Assembly: GCA_934446365.1 (NCBI GenBank)
Contig: CAKSDZ010000001.1
Span: 257,521 to 321,520 of the forward strand
Reading direction: 5' to 3'
Origin: an uncultured Eubacteriales bacterium
GTDB lineage: Bacteria > Bacillota > Clostridia > Oscillospirales > CAG-272
DNA: 64,000 nt
This document shows positions 55,377 to 64,000 of this stretch, piece after piece (the stretch's first letter is position 1; every line of letters starts with the position of its first letter). The notes beneath the pieces were generated by a model. It saw nothing but the letters and a program-made list of their open reading frames with translations. It made no database searches and was not told where the DNA came from. The translations under genes and the position numbers were made by a program.

Positions 55377-55411
55377 ATGTACTACATGTTGAATGTCATA
55401 TTTTAACTCAT
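55365..55411 (+). promoter_or_regulatory. 15-bp perfect inverted repeat overlapping the -10 box and leader
   Basis: ATGAGTTAAAATATG (55365-55379) and CATATTTTAACTCAT (55397-55411) separated by 17 nt. Confidence 0.6.
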
Positions 55412-55438
55412 AATTTATACGGTAAAGGGGATAAAAAA

Positions 55439-56524
55439 ATGTCGAACAGGTTGTTTCAGGGACTGATCCATCAAATGAAGGATGCGATCGGCCGCACGAT
55501 TGGCGTTATCGATGAAAACGGCGTGATTGTTGCGTGCAGTGATCTCATGAAAATCGGAGAAACCCGTCAGGCGGTCAGAGAGGAGCTTGCCTATTCTGCC
55601 GACGCGGTGATTTTTGCCGGATACACCTACCGTTCGATGACAGGAAGCATTCGTCCGGAATATACGGTATTTGTGGAAGGCGAGGACAGCATGGCTGAGA
55701 AAATGTCGATGGTGCTTGCCGTTTCTCTGAACAATATCAAGAGCTTTCATGATGATAAATACGATAAGGTATCCTTTATCAAAAATATCATTCTTGACAA
55801 TATCCTGCCGGGCGATATATATGTCAAAAGTAAGGAGCTGCACTTCGCACCCGATGTTCTTCGCGTTGTCTTTCTGATGAAGTTTGGCGCCGGCGCTGAA
55901 AGTTCCCCTTATGACGTTATTCAAAACATGTTTCCGAATACCAATCAGGATTATGTGATCAGCACGGGAGAACGGGATATCGTTTTGGTCAGAGAAATGA
56001 AGCCGGGAACCGATATGGCCGAAATTGAGAAAACAGCCGTTACAATCGCCGATACGCTCGCTTCCGAATTCTTTACTAAGGTTTCCATCGGCATCGGAAG
56101 CTTGGTGGATAATATCAAAGATATCGCAAGATCTTATAGGGAGGCGCAAGCCGCACTTGAAGTCGGCCGCGTATTCGATACGGATAAGAATATCGTCAGT
56201 TATGAAAATCTCGGCATCGGCCGGCTGATTTATCAGCTTCCCACAACGCTTTGCGAGATGTTTCTGAACGAAGTGTTTAAAAAAGGCTCCATTGAGGCGC
56301 TCGACCGTGAGACGCTTTCCACCATTCAATGCTTTTTTGAGAACAACCTCAATGTTTCGGAAACCTCGAGAAAGATGTTTGTGCATCGGAATACACTCGT
56401 ATACCGCCTCGACAAAATCAAAAAGCTGACAGGGCTTGATCTTCGCGAATTTGACAACGCGATCACCTTTAAGGTTGCGCTGATGGTAAAAAGCTATTTG
56501 GTATCCAAAAACAATCGATATTGA
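55439..56524 (+). CDS. PucR/CdaR-family transcriptional regulator
   Basis: C-terminal PucR-type HTH NVSETSRKMFVHRNTLVYRLDKIKKLTGLDLR. 361 aa. Confidence 0.85.
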   Translation: MSNRLFQGLIHQMKDAIGRTIGVIDENGVIVACSDLMKIGETRQAVREELAYSADAVIFAGYTYRSMTGSIRPEYTVFVEGEDSMAEKMSMVLAVSLNNIKSFHDDKYDKVSFIKNIILDNILPGDIYVKSKELHFAPDVLRVVFLMKFGAGAESSPYDVIQNMFPNTNQDYVISTGERDIVLVREMKPGTDMAEIEKTAVTIADTLASEFFTKVSIGIGSLVDNIKDIARSYREAQAALEVGRVFDTDKNIVSYENLGIGRLIYQLPTTLCEMFLNEVFKKGSIEALDRETLSTIQCFFENNLNVSETSRKMFVHRNTLVYRLDKIKKLTGLDLREFDNAITFKVALMVKSYLVSKNNRY

Positions 56525-56667
56525 CAGACAGATTCTGAGCGTCTCCTGCCGAAATGCGGAGCCGCTCAATATGTATATTATCCGTTGGAATTCAGATTTT
56601 ATCTTCACCGTTTGATCTGAAAATTTTATATTCCGGATCGTTTCGGTCCGGACAGATGGAGGCTTGA

Positions 56668-58101
56668 ATGGAAAATTTGGAAAACACGAATCGGTCAAAC
56701 GAAAACGAGCAGGAGAATGTCGGCGCATTGCCTGAGAGCTCTGCCGAGAACAATGCATCGGGTGCAGAACCCAAGTCCGCAAAAACCGACAAAACGGCGG
56801 AGGAGCCTTCCGACGCATGCACGCCGATCAAAGAAACGGCGGATGCTCCTGACGCATCGGGACCTAAAAAGATAAAAAAAGTGAAAAAAGCAAGAAAGCC
56901 GGTCAGAGTATCGCTTGGCGTGCTGATTATTTGTATTCTGCTGACCGCACTTATGGCGTTTCAAGCGACGTTTGTTTCGCTCAGCCTGCAATATGAGCGG
57001 AATCTGAACGATGCATACGGACTTTTTTCGAGCTTGAAAAAATTCATACAGGTAGCCGGTCTTTATGATGAAAAATATCTGTATGATGTGGATTCCGACA
57101 CGCTGGATGAAGCGCTTACCCGTATGTATATCCTTTCGTCCGGGGACAAATACGCTTCTTATTATACCGCGGAGGAATGGGCGGAATCGACTTCATCGTC
57201 GGCCGGAAATTCCGTCGGAATCGGCGTATATGTTGTGCAGTCACTTTCCGGTGATATTGAAGTAACGCATGTTATGAGCGATTCGCCGGCTATGAAAGCC
57301 GGAATCATGATCGGCGATATCATCACCGCGGTCGACGGACATAAGGTGTCCGAGGTGGGATATACGGATGCGGTCAACTATGTGCGCGGTGAAATCGGAA
57401 CTACGGTTTCAATCGAGATTCTCCGCGACGGTGCGGCGAAAACCATCGAGGTAACAAGAGGAACTTATACGACGGAAACCGTTATTTCCGAAGTAATAGA
57501 GGAGAACGGCAGAAAATACGGCTATGTCCGAATCATTGAATTTATGCAAATCACCGTTTCTCAATTCAAGAATGCTGTAAATGCCTTAATCGACGACGGT
57601 GTGGACGGTTTTGTCTTTGATGTGAGAGACAATCCCGGAGGAGAGCTGACAGCCATTTGTGAAATTCTCGATTTTCTGCTGCCTAAGGGACCGATTGCCC
57701 ATATTATTGGTGCAAACGGGGAGGAAAGACAGGTTTATACCTCGGATGCTTCGGAAATCGATCTTCCCATGACCGTGCTTGTCAATGGGAACACCGCGTC
57801 TGCTGCGGAGCTCTTTACCTCGGCGCTCCGTGATTACGACAAGGCGGAAATCGTCGGCACGCTCACCTATGGAAAGGGCTGCGGTCAGGAAGGATTTTAT
57901 TTAACGGACGGCAGCGTGGTCTTTATCACGAGCTTTTTCTACAATCCGCCGTTTTCCGATAACTATGACGGAATCGGCATCACGCCCGATATTGAAATCG
58001 AGCTTCCTGAGGAGCTTCAAAATCAAAATCTATTTCTCATAGATCGCGACGAGGATACACAGCTTGCAGCGGCGCTCGACGCACTGAAAGCGTTATCCTG
58101 A
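56668..58101 (+). CDS. S41-family C-terminal processing peptidase with PDZ domain and membrane anchor
   Basis: GGAGG RBS. Acidic low-complexity N-terminus, one TM helix, a PDZ domain (GIGVYVV...SPAMKAGIMIGDIITAVDG) and the S41 catalytic region (VLVNGNTASAAELFTSAL...TYGKG). Confidence 0.88.
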   Translation: MENLENTNRSNENEQENVGALPESSAENNASGAEPKSAKTDKTAEEPSDACTPIKETADAPDASGPKKIKKVKKARKPVRVSLGVLIICILLTALMAFQATFVSLSLQYERNLNDAYGLFSSLKKFIQVAGLYDEKYLYDVDSDTLDEALTRMYILSSGDKYASYYTAEEWAESTSSSAGNSVGIGVYVVQSLSGDIEVTHVMSDSPAMKAGIMIGDIITAVDGHKVSEVGYTDAVNYVRGEIGTTVSIEILRDGAAKTIEVTRGTYTTETVISEVIEENGRKYGYVRIIEFMQITVSQFKNAVNALIDDGVDGFVFDVRDNPGGELTAICEILDFLLPKGPIAHIIGANGEERQVYTSDASEIDLPMTVLVNGNTASAAELFTSALRDYDKAEIVGTLTYGKGCGQEGFYLTDGSVVFITSFFYNPPFSDNYDGIGITPDIEIELPEELQNQNLFLIDRDEDTQLAAALDALKALS

Positions 58102-58134
58102 GAAAATAATTTATATTTAAGGAGACAAATTATC

Positions 58135-58617
58135 ATGGCAAAGCAGATTGTCGTTACGGAAAGCAGCTATCAGAAACTGAAAGAAGAACTGGACTATTTA
58201 AAAAATGTCAAACGAAAGGAAGCCGCCGAGAATGTCGGCATCGCACGCTCTTTCGGAGACCTTTCCGAGAACAGCGAATACGATGAGGCGAAAAATGAGC
58301 AGGCGAAGATAGAGGCGCAGATTTCCGAGCTTGAAGAGACGATCAGTCATGCCAAGGTGATCAGCGATCATGAGATACAGACCGACATGGTGAACGTCGG
58401 GATTTCCGTAACGGTATACGACATGGATTATGATGAGGAAGTGGAGTATCAGATCGTCAGCTCGCGAGAGGTCGATCCGCTTGAAAATAAAATTTCGGAT
58501 CAGTCTCCGATCGGCAAAGCACTGATCGGAACAAAGGTTGGAGACATCATCTCCGTCGAGGTGCCGGACGGCGTCGCCAAATTCAAGGTAATGAAGATAG
58601 AGAAAAAGGACAGCTGA
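58135..58617 (+). CDS. greA: Transcription elongation factor GreA
   Basis: AAGGAGA RBS. ...GDLSENSEYDEAKNEQA... acidic-tip motif and a C-terminal ISDQSPIGKALIG motif. Confidence 0.95.
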   Translation: MAKQIVVTESSYQKLKEELDYLKNVKRKEAAENVGIARSFGDLSENSEYDEAKNEQAKIEAQISELEETISHAKVISDHEIQTDMVNVGISVTVYDMDYDEEVEYQIVSSREVDPLENKISDQSPIGKALIGTKVGDIISVEVPDGVAKFKVMKIEKKDS

Positions 58618-58643
58618 AAACAATTATCGAATGGGAGTACAGA

Positions 58644-60158
58644 ATGACGGACGAAATAAGAGCAAATAACAATGAAACAGAAGAGCTTTCCGGCGAAAAG
58701 CTGAATGAAATATTGCGGATACGCAGAGATAAGCTTGCGGCCTTGCAGGCGGAGGGAAACGATCCGTTTGCTTTGACAAAATACGATGTGACACATCACA
58801 GCGAGGAAATTCGCCGCGATTTTGAGTCGCTGGAAGGGAAGACGGTGAGCATTGCCGGCCGGATGATGTCCAAACGCGTCATGGGCAAGGCTTCTTTCTG
58901 CCATGTTCAGGATTTGCAGGGAAAAATGCAGGTTTATGTTGCCCGGGACAGCGTTGGAGAGACGCCATATGCGGCATTCAAAAAATTTGACGTCGGAGAC
59001 ATTATCGGTGTTAAAGGCGAAGTATTCCGCACAAAAACCGGTGAGATTTCCGTGCATGCGGCGGAGCTGGTTTTGCTCTCTAAAAGCTTGCAGGTGCTGC
59101 CTGAAAAATTCCACGGGCTGACCAATATCGATGCAAGATATCGTCAGCGTTATGTCGATCTCATTATGAATCCCGAGGCTAAGGATACCTTTATCAAGCG
59201 CTCGAAAATCATCAGCACAATTCGCCGCTATCTCGATGCAAAGGGCTTCATGGAGGTCGAAACGCCGATGCTCGTTTCCAATGCGGGCGGTGCTGCCGCA
59301 AGACCGTTTGAAACCCATTTCAATGCGTTGGACGAGGATTTTAAGCTGCGCATCTCCTTGGAGCTTTATCTGAAACGCCTGATTGTCGGCGGACTGGAAC
59401 GCGTCTACGAGATCGGCCGCGTGTTCCGCAACGAAGGACTCGACACCCGGCACAACCCCGAATTTACGCTGATGGAGCTGTATCAGGCATATACCGATTA
59501 TCACGGTATGATGGATCTGACGGAAGACATGTACCGTTATGTGGCGCAGGAGGTTCTCGGCACCACAAAAATTGTATATGGCGGAGTGGAAATGGATCTC
59601 GGCAAGCCATTTGAAAGAATCACGATGCTGGATGCCGTTAGGAAATATTCGGGCGTGGATTTCAATGAGATACACACGACCGAAGAAGCACGCGCAATCG
59701 CGGATGAAAAGGGCATCCATTACGAAGCGCGTCACAAGAAAGGCGACATTCTGAATTTGTTTTTCGAGGAATTTGTGGAGGAGCATTTGATCCAACCTAC
59801 CTTTGTGATGGACCATCCGATTGAAATTTCTCCTTTGACGAAAAAGAAGCCCGACAATCCCGATTATGTAGAACGTTTTGAGTTCTTCATGAACGGGTGG
59901 GAGATGGCGAACGCATATTCCGAGCTCAACGATCCCATCGATCAGCGCGCCCGCTTTGCCGCACAGGAGGAGCAGTTCGCGCAGGGCAACGAAGAGGCCA
60001 ACCACACGGATGAGGATTTCCTCAATGCGCTTGAAATCGGCATGCCGCCGACAGGAGGCATCGGATTCGGAATCGACCGTATGTGCATGCTTCTGACCGA
60101 TTCTGCGGCCATCCGTGACGTGCTGCTGTTCCCGACGATGAAGTCCATCGAGAAGTAA
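58644..60158 (+). CDS. lysS: Lysine--tRNA ligase (class II)
   Basis: OB-fold N-terminus, class II motifs FMEVETPML, YEIGRVFRNEG and GGIGFGIDRMCMLL. 504 aa. Confidence 0.96.
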   Translation: MTDEIRANNNETEELSGEKLNEILRIRRDKLAALQAEGNDPFALTKYDVTHHSEEIRRDFESLEGKTVSIAGRMMSKRVMGKASFCHVQDLQGKMQVYVARDSVGETPYAAFKKFDVGDIIGVKGEVFRTKTGEISVHAAELVLLSKSLQVLPEKFHGLTNIDARYRQRYVDLIMNPEAKDTFIKRSKIISTIRRYLDAKGFMEVETPMLVSNAGGAAARPFETHFNALDEDFKLRISLELYLKRLIVGGLERVYEIGRVFRNEGLDTRHNPEFTLMELYQAYTDYHGMMDLTEDMYRYVAQEVLGTTKIVYGGVEMDLGKPFERITMLDAVRKYSGVDFNEIHTTEEARAIADEKGIHYEARHKKGDILNLFFEEFVEEHLIQPTFVMDHPIEISPLTKKKPDNPDYVERFEFFMNGWEMANAYSELNDPIDQRARFAAQEEQFAQGNEEANHTDEDFLNALEIGMPPTGGIGFGIDRMCMLLTDSAAIRDVLLFPTMKSIEK

Positions 60159-60171
60159 ATATCATAGTATG

Positions 60172-60204
60172 ACAGGGAAAAGCCGCGATGAGGTTTTTCC
60201 CTGT
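60172..60204 (+). terminator. Probable terminator of greA-lysS
   Basis: ACAGGGAAAA...TTTTCCCTGT 10-bp stem with a 13-nt loop. The T-tail is weak. Confidence 0.5.
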
Positions 60205-60393
60205 TCCTTATCTGAATGATATGTGCTATTGTGTCCTCACAAATCGGAAGCTGCAAATCTGAGAATATATCAGCAGAACAGAAATTGATAACCAGACAAG
60301 TGTGTCGGCTCTGAAAATACGGCATTTTCTCACTTTATGTCGTGTAAATGAATGAGCTTTTAATATAATCTGTTGATCAAGGAGGGGTAATGA

Positions 60394-61068
60394 ATGGATC
60401 AGAAAAAAGTAGGCCTGTTTTTGAAAACGCTTCGCAAAGAAAAAAATATGACTCAGGAAGTGTTGGCAGAAACGTTGAATGTATCCAGCAGAACAGTATC
60501 CAGATGGGAAACGGGAAGTAATATGCCGGATATCAGTTTACTGGTTGAACTATCTGAATTCTATCAAGTCGGTATACCTGAGATAATTAACGGAGAAAGG
60601 AAAAGTGAGAACATGAATCAAGAGCCGAAAGATACTGCGATTAAAATGGCAGAATATAGTAAAAATGAGCTCAACATAGAGAAAAGGAAACTAATAAATG
60701 TCCTCCTCATGATATTTGGTGTATTTATTATGATTTCTGCTCTGGCAATATTTCCGAATGAAAGCAGTTGGGGAAGTATTTATGCAACGATTGGCGGAGC
60801 CATATTAACCGTAGGAATTTATTTCAGAATTAAGTCTGTGATAGTAAAAAGGGGCTTGCGAATATTGAGTGTTATTGGATGTGTCATTGTATTATTTGGA
60901 ATTTTTACTGTTTCAGATTATATTGCGGTTTCACAGTTCCGACAGGTTCCACGATTTAGTTATGAAAAAGCTTATGGCGACGATATCGTTGAACACAAAA
61001 CATTATTTTATACGGTCATTCAAAAAAACCCGGGAACTGAGAATGAAAGTATAGAAATTTTAAAATAG
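60394..61068 (+). CDS. XRE-family HTH protein with C-terminal transmembrane region
   Basis: AAGGAGGGG RBS. LRKEKNMTQEVLAETLNVSSRTVSRWETG HTH, then three hydrophobic helices. The gene is AT-richer than the flanking core genes. Confidence 0.8.
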   Translation: MDQKKVGLFLKTLRKEKNMTQEVLAETLNVSSRTVSRWETGSNMPDISLLVELSEFYQVGIPEIINGERKSENMNQEPKDTAIKMAEYSKNELNIEKRKLINVLLMIFGVFIMISALAIFPNESSWGSIYATIGGAILTVGIYFRIKSVIVKRGLRILSVIGCVIVLFGIFTVSDYIAVSQFRQVPRFSYEKAYGDDIVEHKTLFYTVIQKNPGTENESIEILK

Positions 61069-61213
61069 TTTTAATGTGGGCAGTTTTTGAATAGGACTGT
61101 CCATTTCATTATTTTGTGACGTCCCGCAGATTATTTCGGAAAGATACTTGAATTGCCGGCGTGAATCGTATATAATAATTTATATAATCTCGTCAAGAAA
61201 GGAAGGAATTCCT

Positions 61214-61864
61214 ATGTCAAAGGTGCTCAAATGGCTCGATAATTTTTGGTATCATTATAAATGGGTCGTTATTATTGTCGTCTTTTTCCTCATTGTCGGC
61301 ATTGTACTCACCGTCCAGCTTGTAACAAGGCAGAATTACGACGCCTATATCATGTATCTCGGTGATGCGGCTATCCCGGATACACAGTATCAAGATATTT
61401 TGGATTCTTTCAAAAAAGTTACGGAGGATTACAACGGAGATGAAGAAATCCTGATCAATTTCGCGAAAACGGCGTATATAACCGATAAAGATAATGAAAT
61501 GGCAAGCAGTATCAATTCGGTCGCTGTGCAGTTTATGTCCTCGATGATTGTTCAGCCGTATTACCTGTATCTGATCAATGCCGAAGTGTATGAGATGTAT
61601 AAGGACTCGGATATCTTTATTCCTCTTTCCGATATCGTGGACGACATTCCGGCGGATTGGCTCTACGATGAAAATGCGGTTTATTTCAACAAAACGGATT
61701 TTGCGCAGAACAACGCCGGTGTCGATGCTCTCGGCTCCGACACGCTGTTGGTTATCAAAAATATTCCGTATACCTCTTCAAAATCCGCCTATCAATCGGA
61801 AAAAGAAGCATTTGACCATCACGTAGCGCTTTTTAAAAATATCATTGAATATGTTGCAGATTAA
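61214..61864 (+). CDS. Hypothetical membrane-anchored protein
   Basis: AAGGAAGGA RBS before the ATG at 61214. One N-terminal TM helix (WVVIIVVFFLIVGIVLTV). No known domain. Confidence 0.55.
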   Translation: MSKVLKWLDNFWYHYKWVVIIVVFFLIVGIVLTVQLVTRQNYDAYIMYLGDAAIPDTQYQDILDSFKKVTEDYNGDEEILINFAKTAYITDKDNEMASSINSVAVQFMSSMIVQPYYLYLINAEVYEMYKDSDIFIPLSDIVDDIPADWLYDENAVYFNKTDFAQNNAGVDALGSDTLLVIKNIPYTSSKSAYQSEKEAFDHHVALFKNIIEYVAD

Positions 61865-61918
61865 AGGGGTTGATGTCGATTTTTCAATCGGCAGACAACC
61901 TTGTTATGGAGTGAAATT

Positions 61919-62659
61919 ATGAAAATACTTGCCATTGGCAACAGCTTTTCTCAGGATTCGACCGCATATGTCGAGGATATTGCAAAATCTATTGGTCATC
62001 GCGATATCACTGCCGCCAATCTATATATCGGCGGCTGCCCGCTTTCCCATCATGCCGAAAATCTGAAAACCAATGCTGTGGAATATGATTATCAGCGCCA
62101 CGGAAACGGACTTTACAAAACCTCCATACGGGAGGCTCTGAAATCGGATACGTGGGATATTATTACGCTTCAACAGGTGAGCGGATTGTCCGGTTTATAT
62201 GACACCTATCATCCCTATATCGACGAGGTATATTCGGAGGTGAAGCGTCTTTGCCCGAATGCTGTGGTTTATCTGAACCGTACATGGGCATATGAGGAGG
62301 GAAGCGCTCATCCGCATTTTGAGCATTATAATCATGACAGAGCGAAGATGGATGCAGCGATTGAGGATTGCTATCAAAAAATCTCCGCAGAATTTTCCGC
62401 AGAGATCATTCCGGTCGGAAATGTGATTACAGCGCTCAAAAAATTGCCGGAATTTGATATTGCAAAGGGCGGCATTTCACTGTATCGCGATGCGTTTCAT
62501 CTCAGCCTGACTTACGGACGCTTTGCCGCTGCATGTGTGTGGCTGAAAAAGCTATGCGGAATGAGGCTTGACAGCGTATCTTTTGTTCCGGAGAATGCGG
62601 ATGCCGCTTTGATACAAAAAGTCGTGCAGTTTATCGAAGGCTATTTTCAAAAAGATTGA
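61919..62659 (+). CDS. DUF4886-like SGNH-fold protein
   Basis: GGAGTGA RBS before the ATG at 61919. MKILAIGNSFSQDS (SGNH block I-like) and a late DAFHLS motif. Confidence 0.6.
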   Translation: MKILAIGNSFSQDSTAYVEDIAKSIGHRDITAANLYIGGCPLSHHAENLKTNAVEYDYQRHGNGLYKTSIREALKSDTWDIITLQQVSGLSGLYDTYHPYIDEVYSEVKRLCPNAVVYLNRTWAYEEGSAHPHFEHYNHDRAKMDAAIEDCYQKISAEFSAEIIPVGNVITALKKLPEFDIAKGGISLYRDAFHLSLTYGRFAAACVWLKKLCGMRLDSVSFVPENADAALIQKVVQFIEGYFQKD

Positions 62660-62700
62660 CGGAGACTGTAAAAATCCCGTTTCTTTTTTCATAAAAAATA

Positions 62701-62729
62701 TTGACAAAAGAAGCGGGATATGCTAATAT
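62701..62729 (+). promoter_or_regulatory. Sigma-A-type promoter of the tRNA cluster
   Basis: TTGACA (62701-62706), 17-nt spacer, TAATAT (62724-62729). Confidence 0.6.
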
Positions 62730-62760
62730 ATATAGGCGGTGAAAATAAACCGCTTGAAAT

Positions 62761-62834
<74 letters not shown>

Positions 62835-62880
62835 AAAAAGATATGCCGTATGCAGACGCTTCTACGGCGTATCTTTATTT

Positions 62881-62957
62881 GTGCCTTTAGCTCAGCAGGA
62901 TAGAGCAACTGCCTTCTAAGCAGTAGGTCGAGGGTTCGAATCCCCCAAGGCACGCCA
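62881..62957 (+). tRNA. tRNA-Arg (anticodon UCU)
   Basis: Acceptor GTGCCTT/AAGGCAC, D arm GCTC...GAGC, anticodon loop CTTCTAA, T loop TTCGAAT, encoded CCA. One A-C mismatch in the T stem. Confidence 0.85.
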
Positions 62958-62962
62958 TATAT

Positions 62963-63040
62963 GGTGGGTATAGCTCAGTTGGTTAGAGCGCCAGGTTGTG
63001 GCCCTGGAGGCCGTCGGTTCGAGTCCGATTATCCACCCCA
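62963..63040 (+). tRNA. tRNA-His (anticodon GUG) with encoded G-1
   Basis: An extra 5' G opposite discriminator C (the tRNA-His hallmark), anticodon arm CCAGG-TTGTGGC-CCTGG, T arm GTCGG-TTCGAGT-CCGAT, encoded CCA. Confidence 0.9.
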
Positions 63041-63043
63041 ACA

Positions 63044-63084
63044 AAAAATATTTCCGACAAATATTTGTCGGAAATATTTTTTTG
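63044..63084 (+). terminator. Intrinsic terminator of the tRNA cluster
   Basis: 13-bp stem ATATTTCCGACAA / TTGTCGGAAATAT followed by a T-run. Confidence 0.85.
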
Positions 63085-63175
63085 CTTCATCGTTAAAATA
63101 CTTGACAGCGGTATAATATTGTAATAAAATAGGCGAGCATAAAAAATAAATGATCGTTTGATGTAAGGAGAAAAA

Positions 63176-63730
63176 ATGTTGCAACCGTATATTGTAGAAA
63201 AGGGTGTTCAAAAATTTATTGGGCGAAGCGCAAAGCTTGGTGGCACGAACCCGACCGGCGAAGATATTGGTCTTCTTTATGACAATATGCAGAATATATT
63301 CTGTAAAATCAGCCGTCCTATGAATGATAGATTTTACGGAATAACTATTAATTTTGCGAATAGCACGAATAATAGCCGAAAAGATTACTGGTTATGCAAA
63401 GAAGTAGAAACGCTCTGGAAAGATGATATGCCAGGTGAATTTGAAGCTTTAGGCGACGACATGGAAACTCTTATATTGCCTGCAACCAGATGGCTTTATA
63501 TCCCTGTACGATATGACGATTCCTTTGTAAAGAACTTGGCACCGGAAGAATTTCGAGATGATCCGGGTTATTTAACTTCATGTGTTTATAATTGGGGAAG
63601 ATCATGGTTAATTGAAAACGGCTACAAGCCGCAGGACTATCCGTTTGAGATGGAAATATATGGACTGCATGACGGATATGATGGAATTGACGGCGGGGCG
63701 AACATTACGCTTGCCATACCTATGATATAA
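63176..63730 (+). CDS. GyrI-like (AraC effector-binding-type) small-molecule-binding domain protein
   Basis: AAGGAGA RBS. 184 aa. The pattern IVEKGVQKFIG...YGITINF...ILPATRWLYIPV...FEMEIYG is typical of the GyrI-like/SOUL fold. Confidence 0.55.
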   Translation: MLQPYIVEKGVQKFIGRSAKLGGTNPTGEDIGLLYDNMQNIFCKISRPMNDRFYGITINFANSTNNSRKDYWLCKEVETLWKDDMPGEFEALGDDMETLILPATRWLYIPVRYDDSFVKNLAPEEFRDDPGYLTSCVYNWGRSWLIENGYKPQDYPFEMEIYGLHDGYDGIDGGANITLAIPMI

Positions 63731-63814
63731 ATAAATTCGTGCATTCTATAAAAGTAACCTTTTGATTTGGTGAAGTTGAAATCGTATATTATCTTTTTTG
63801 CAGCTCACAGACAC

Positions 63815-63848
63815 AAAAAATCCGTCGGCATTGGCCGGCGGATTTTTT
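63815..63848 (+). terminator. Intrinsic terminator
   Basis: AAATCCGTCGGC-ATTG-GCCGGCGGATTT hairpin plus a T-run. Confidence 0.75.
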
Positions 63849-63859
63849 ATGGAGTAATG

Positions 63860-63890
63860 AAATACCACCCGTGAACGGGTGGTATTTTTT
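63860..63890. terminator. Bidirectional hairpin terminator downstream of spo0A
   Basis: ATACCACCCG-TGAA-CGGGTGGTAT flanked by A/T runs. It abuts the spo0A stop codon. Confidence 0.8.
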
Positions 63891-64000
63891 TACGATATTT
63901 TATTTTTAAGCCGCAGATTATCGGCGATCATCGCGATAAATTCCGAATTGGTCGGCTTGCCGCGCTCATTCTGTATGGTGTAGCCGAAATACGCATTGAG
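63890..64000 (-). CDS. spo0A: Sporulation master regulator Spo0A, 3' end only (gene continues beyond the window)
   Basis: Minus-strand translation ...LNAYFGYTIQNERGKPTNSEFIAMIADNLRLKNKIS* matches the highly conserved Spo0A C-terminus (KPTNSEFIAM-ADKLRL). Confidence 0.85.
   Translation of the reverse strand, partial: LNAYFGYTIQNERGKPTNSEFIAMIADNLRLKNKIS

Noticed and set aside
55440-55446. TGTCGAA 0A-box core at the start of the PucR-family gene
   Set aside because: It overlaps the start codon and first codons (ATGTCGAAC). A 7-mer is expected by chance several times in 64 kb, and there is no supporting context.
58500-60005. 501-aa minus-strand ORF. Similar shadow ORFs occur at 55415-56818, 7321-8505, 9487-10707, 10268-11281, 15927-16997, 16828-17976, 38796-39845, 32079-33203, 34282-35208 and 23361-24017.
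   Set aside because: All are antisense to, or out of frame with, confidently identified genes (lysS, the PucR regulator, fba, the RACo-like gene, addA, nfnAB, the sigma fusion, manA, FkbM/SGNH, mfd). They lack RBSs and recognisable domains.

Overview
This 64-kb window looks like chromosomal DNA from a spore-forming Firmicute of the class Clostridia. Supporting features are the spo0A 3' end, CotF-type coat genes, the CIRCE/hrcA-grpE-dnaK-dnaJ operon, nfnAB, ppdK and strong GGAGG-type ribosome-binding sites. All family calls come from reading the translated ORFs and from memory of family signatures; no database search was run.

Most of the window is core housekeeping:
- RNA turnover, translation and tRNA or rRNA modification: pnp-rpsO, pth, typA-tcdA, prmA, rsmE, greA-lysS, and a tRNA-Gly/Arg/His cluster.
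- DNA repair: addA, mfd, ogt.
- Central metabolism: fba, nfnAB, ppdK, manA.
- Heat shock and sporulation: hrcA-grpE-dnaK-dnaJ, spo0A (partial).

I found no CRISPR array, prophage, retron-like or reverse-transcriptase gene, or recognisable defence island. The only clear mobile element is a TnpA-only IS200-type insertion at about 14.87-15.61 kb.

I cannot point to a demonstrable new multi-gene system. These candidates merit follow-up:
1. An ECF-type sigma factor fused to a soluble extension of about 690 aa that is internally duplicated, lying next to three divergently transcribed lipoprotein genes (38.4-43.8 kb).
2. An XRE helix-turn-helix fused to an apparently catalytically intact ADP-ribosylglycohydrolase (1.4-3.0 kb).
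3. A near-consensus promoter driving an ~80-nt terminator-ended transcript between tcdA and hrcA, a candidate sRNA (46.67-46.85 kb).
4. A translationally coupled DUF5685 / J-domain 'cysteine-string' / membrane-protein module downstream of mfd (28.2-30.7 kb).
5. An unannotated 29-codon Cys-rich hydrophobic peptide gene (14709-14798).

Several small stretches that look AT-richer by eye (not computed) interrupt otherwise conserved gene pairs: pth|mfd, prmA|rsmE, and the flanks of the tRNA cluster.
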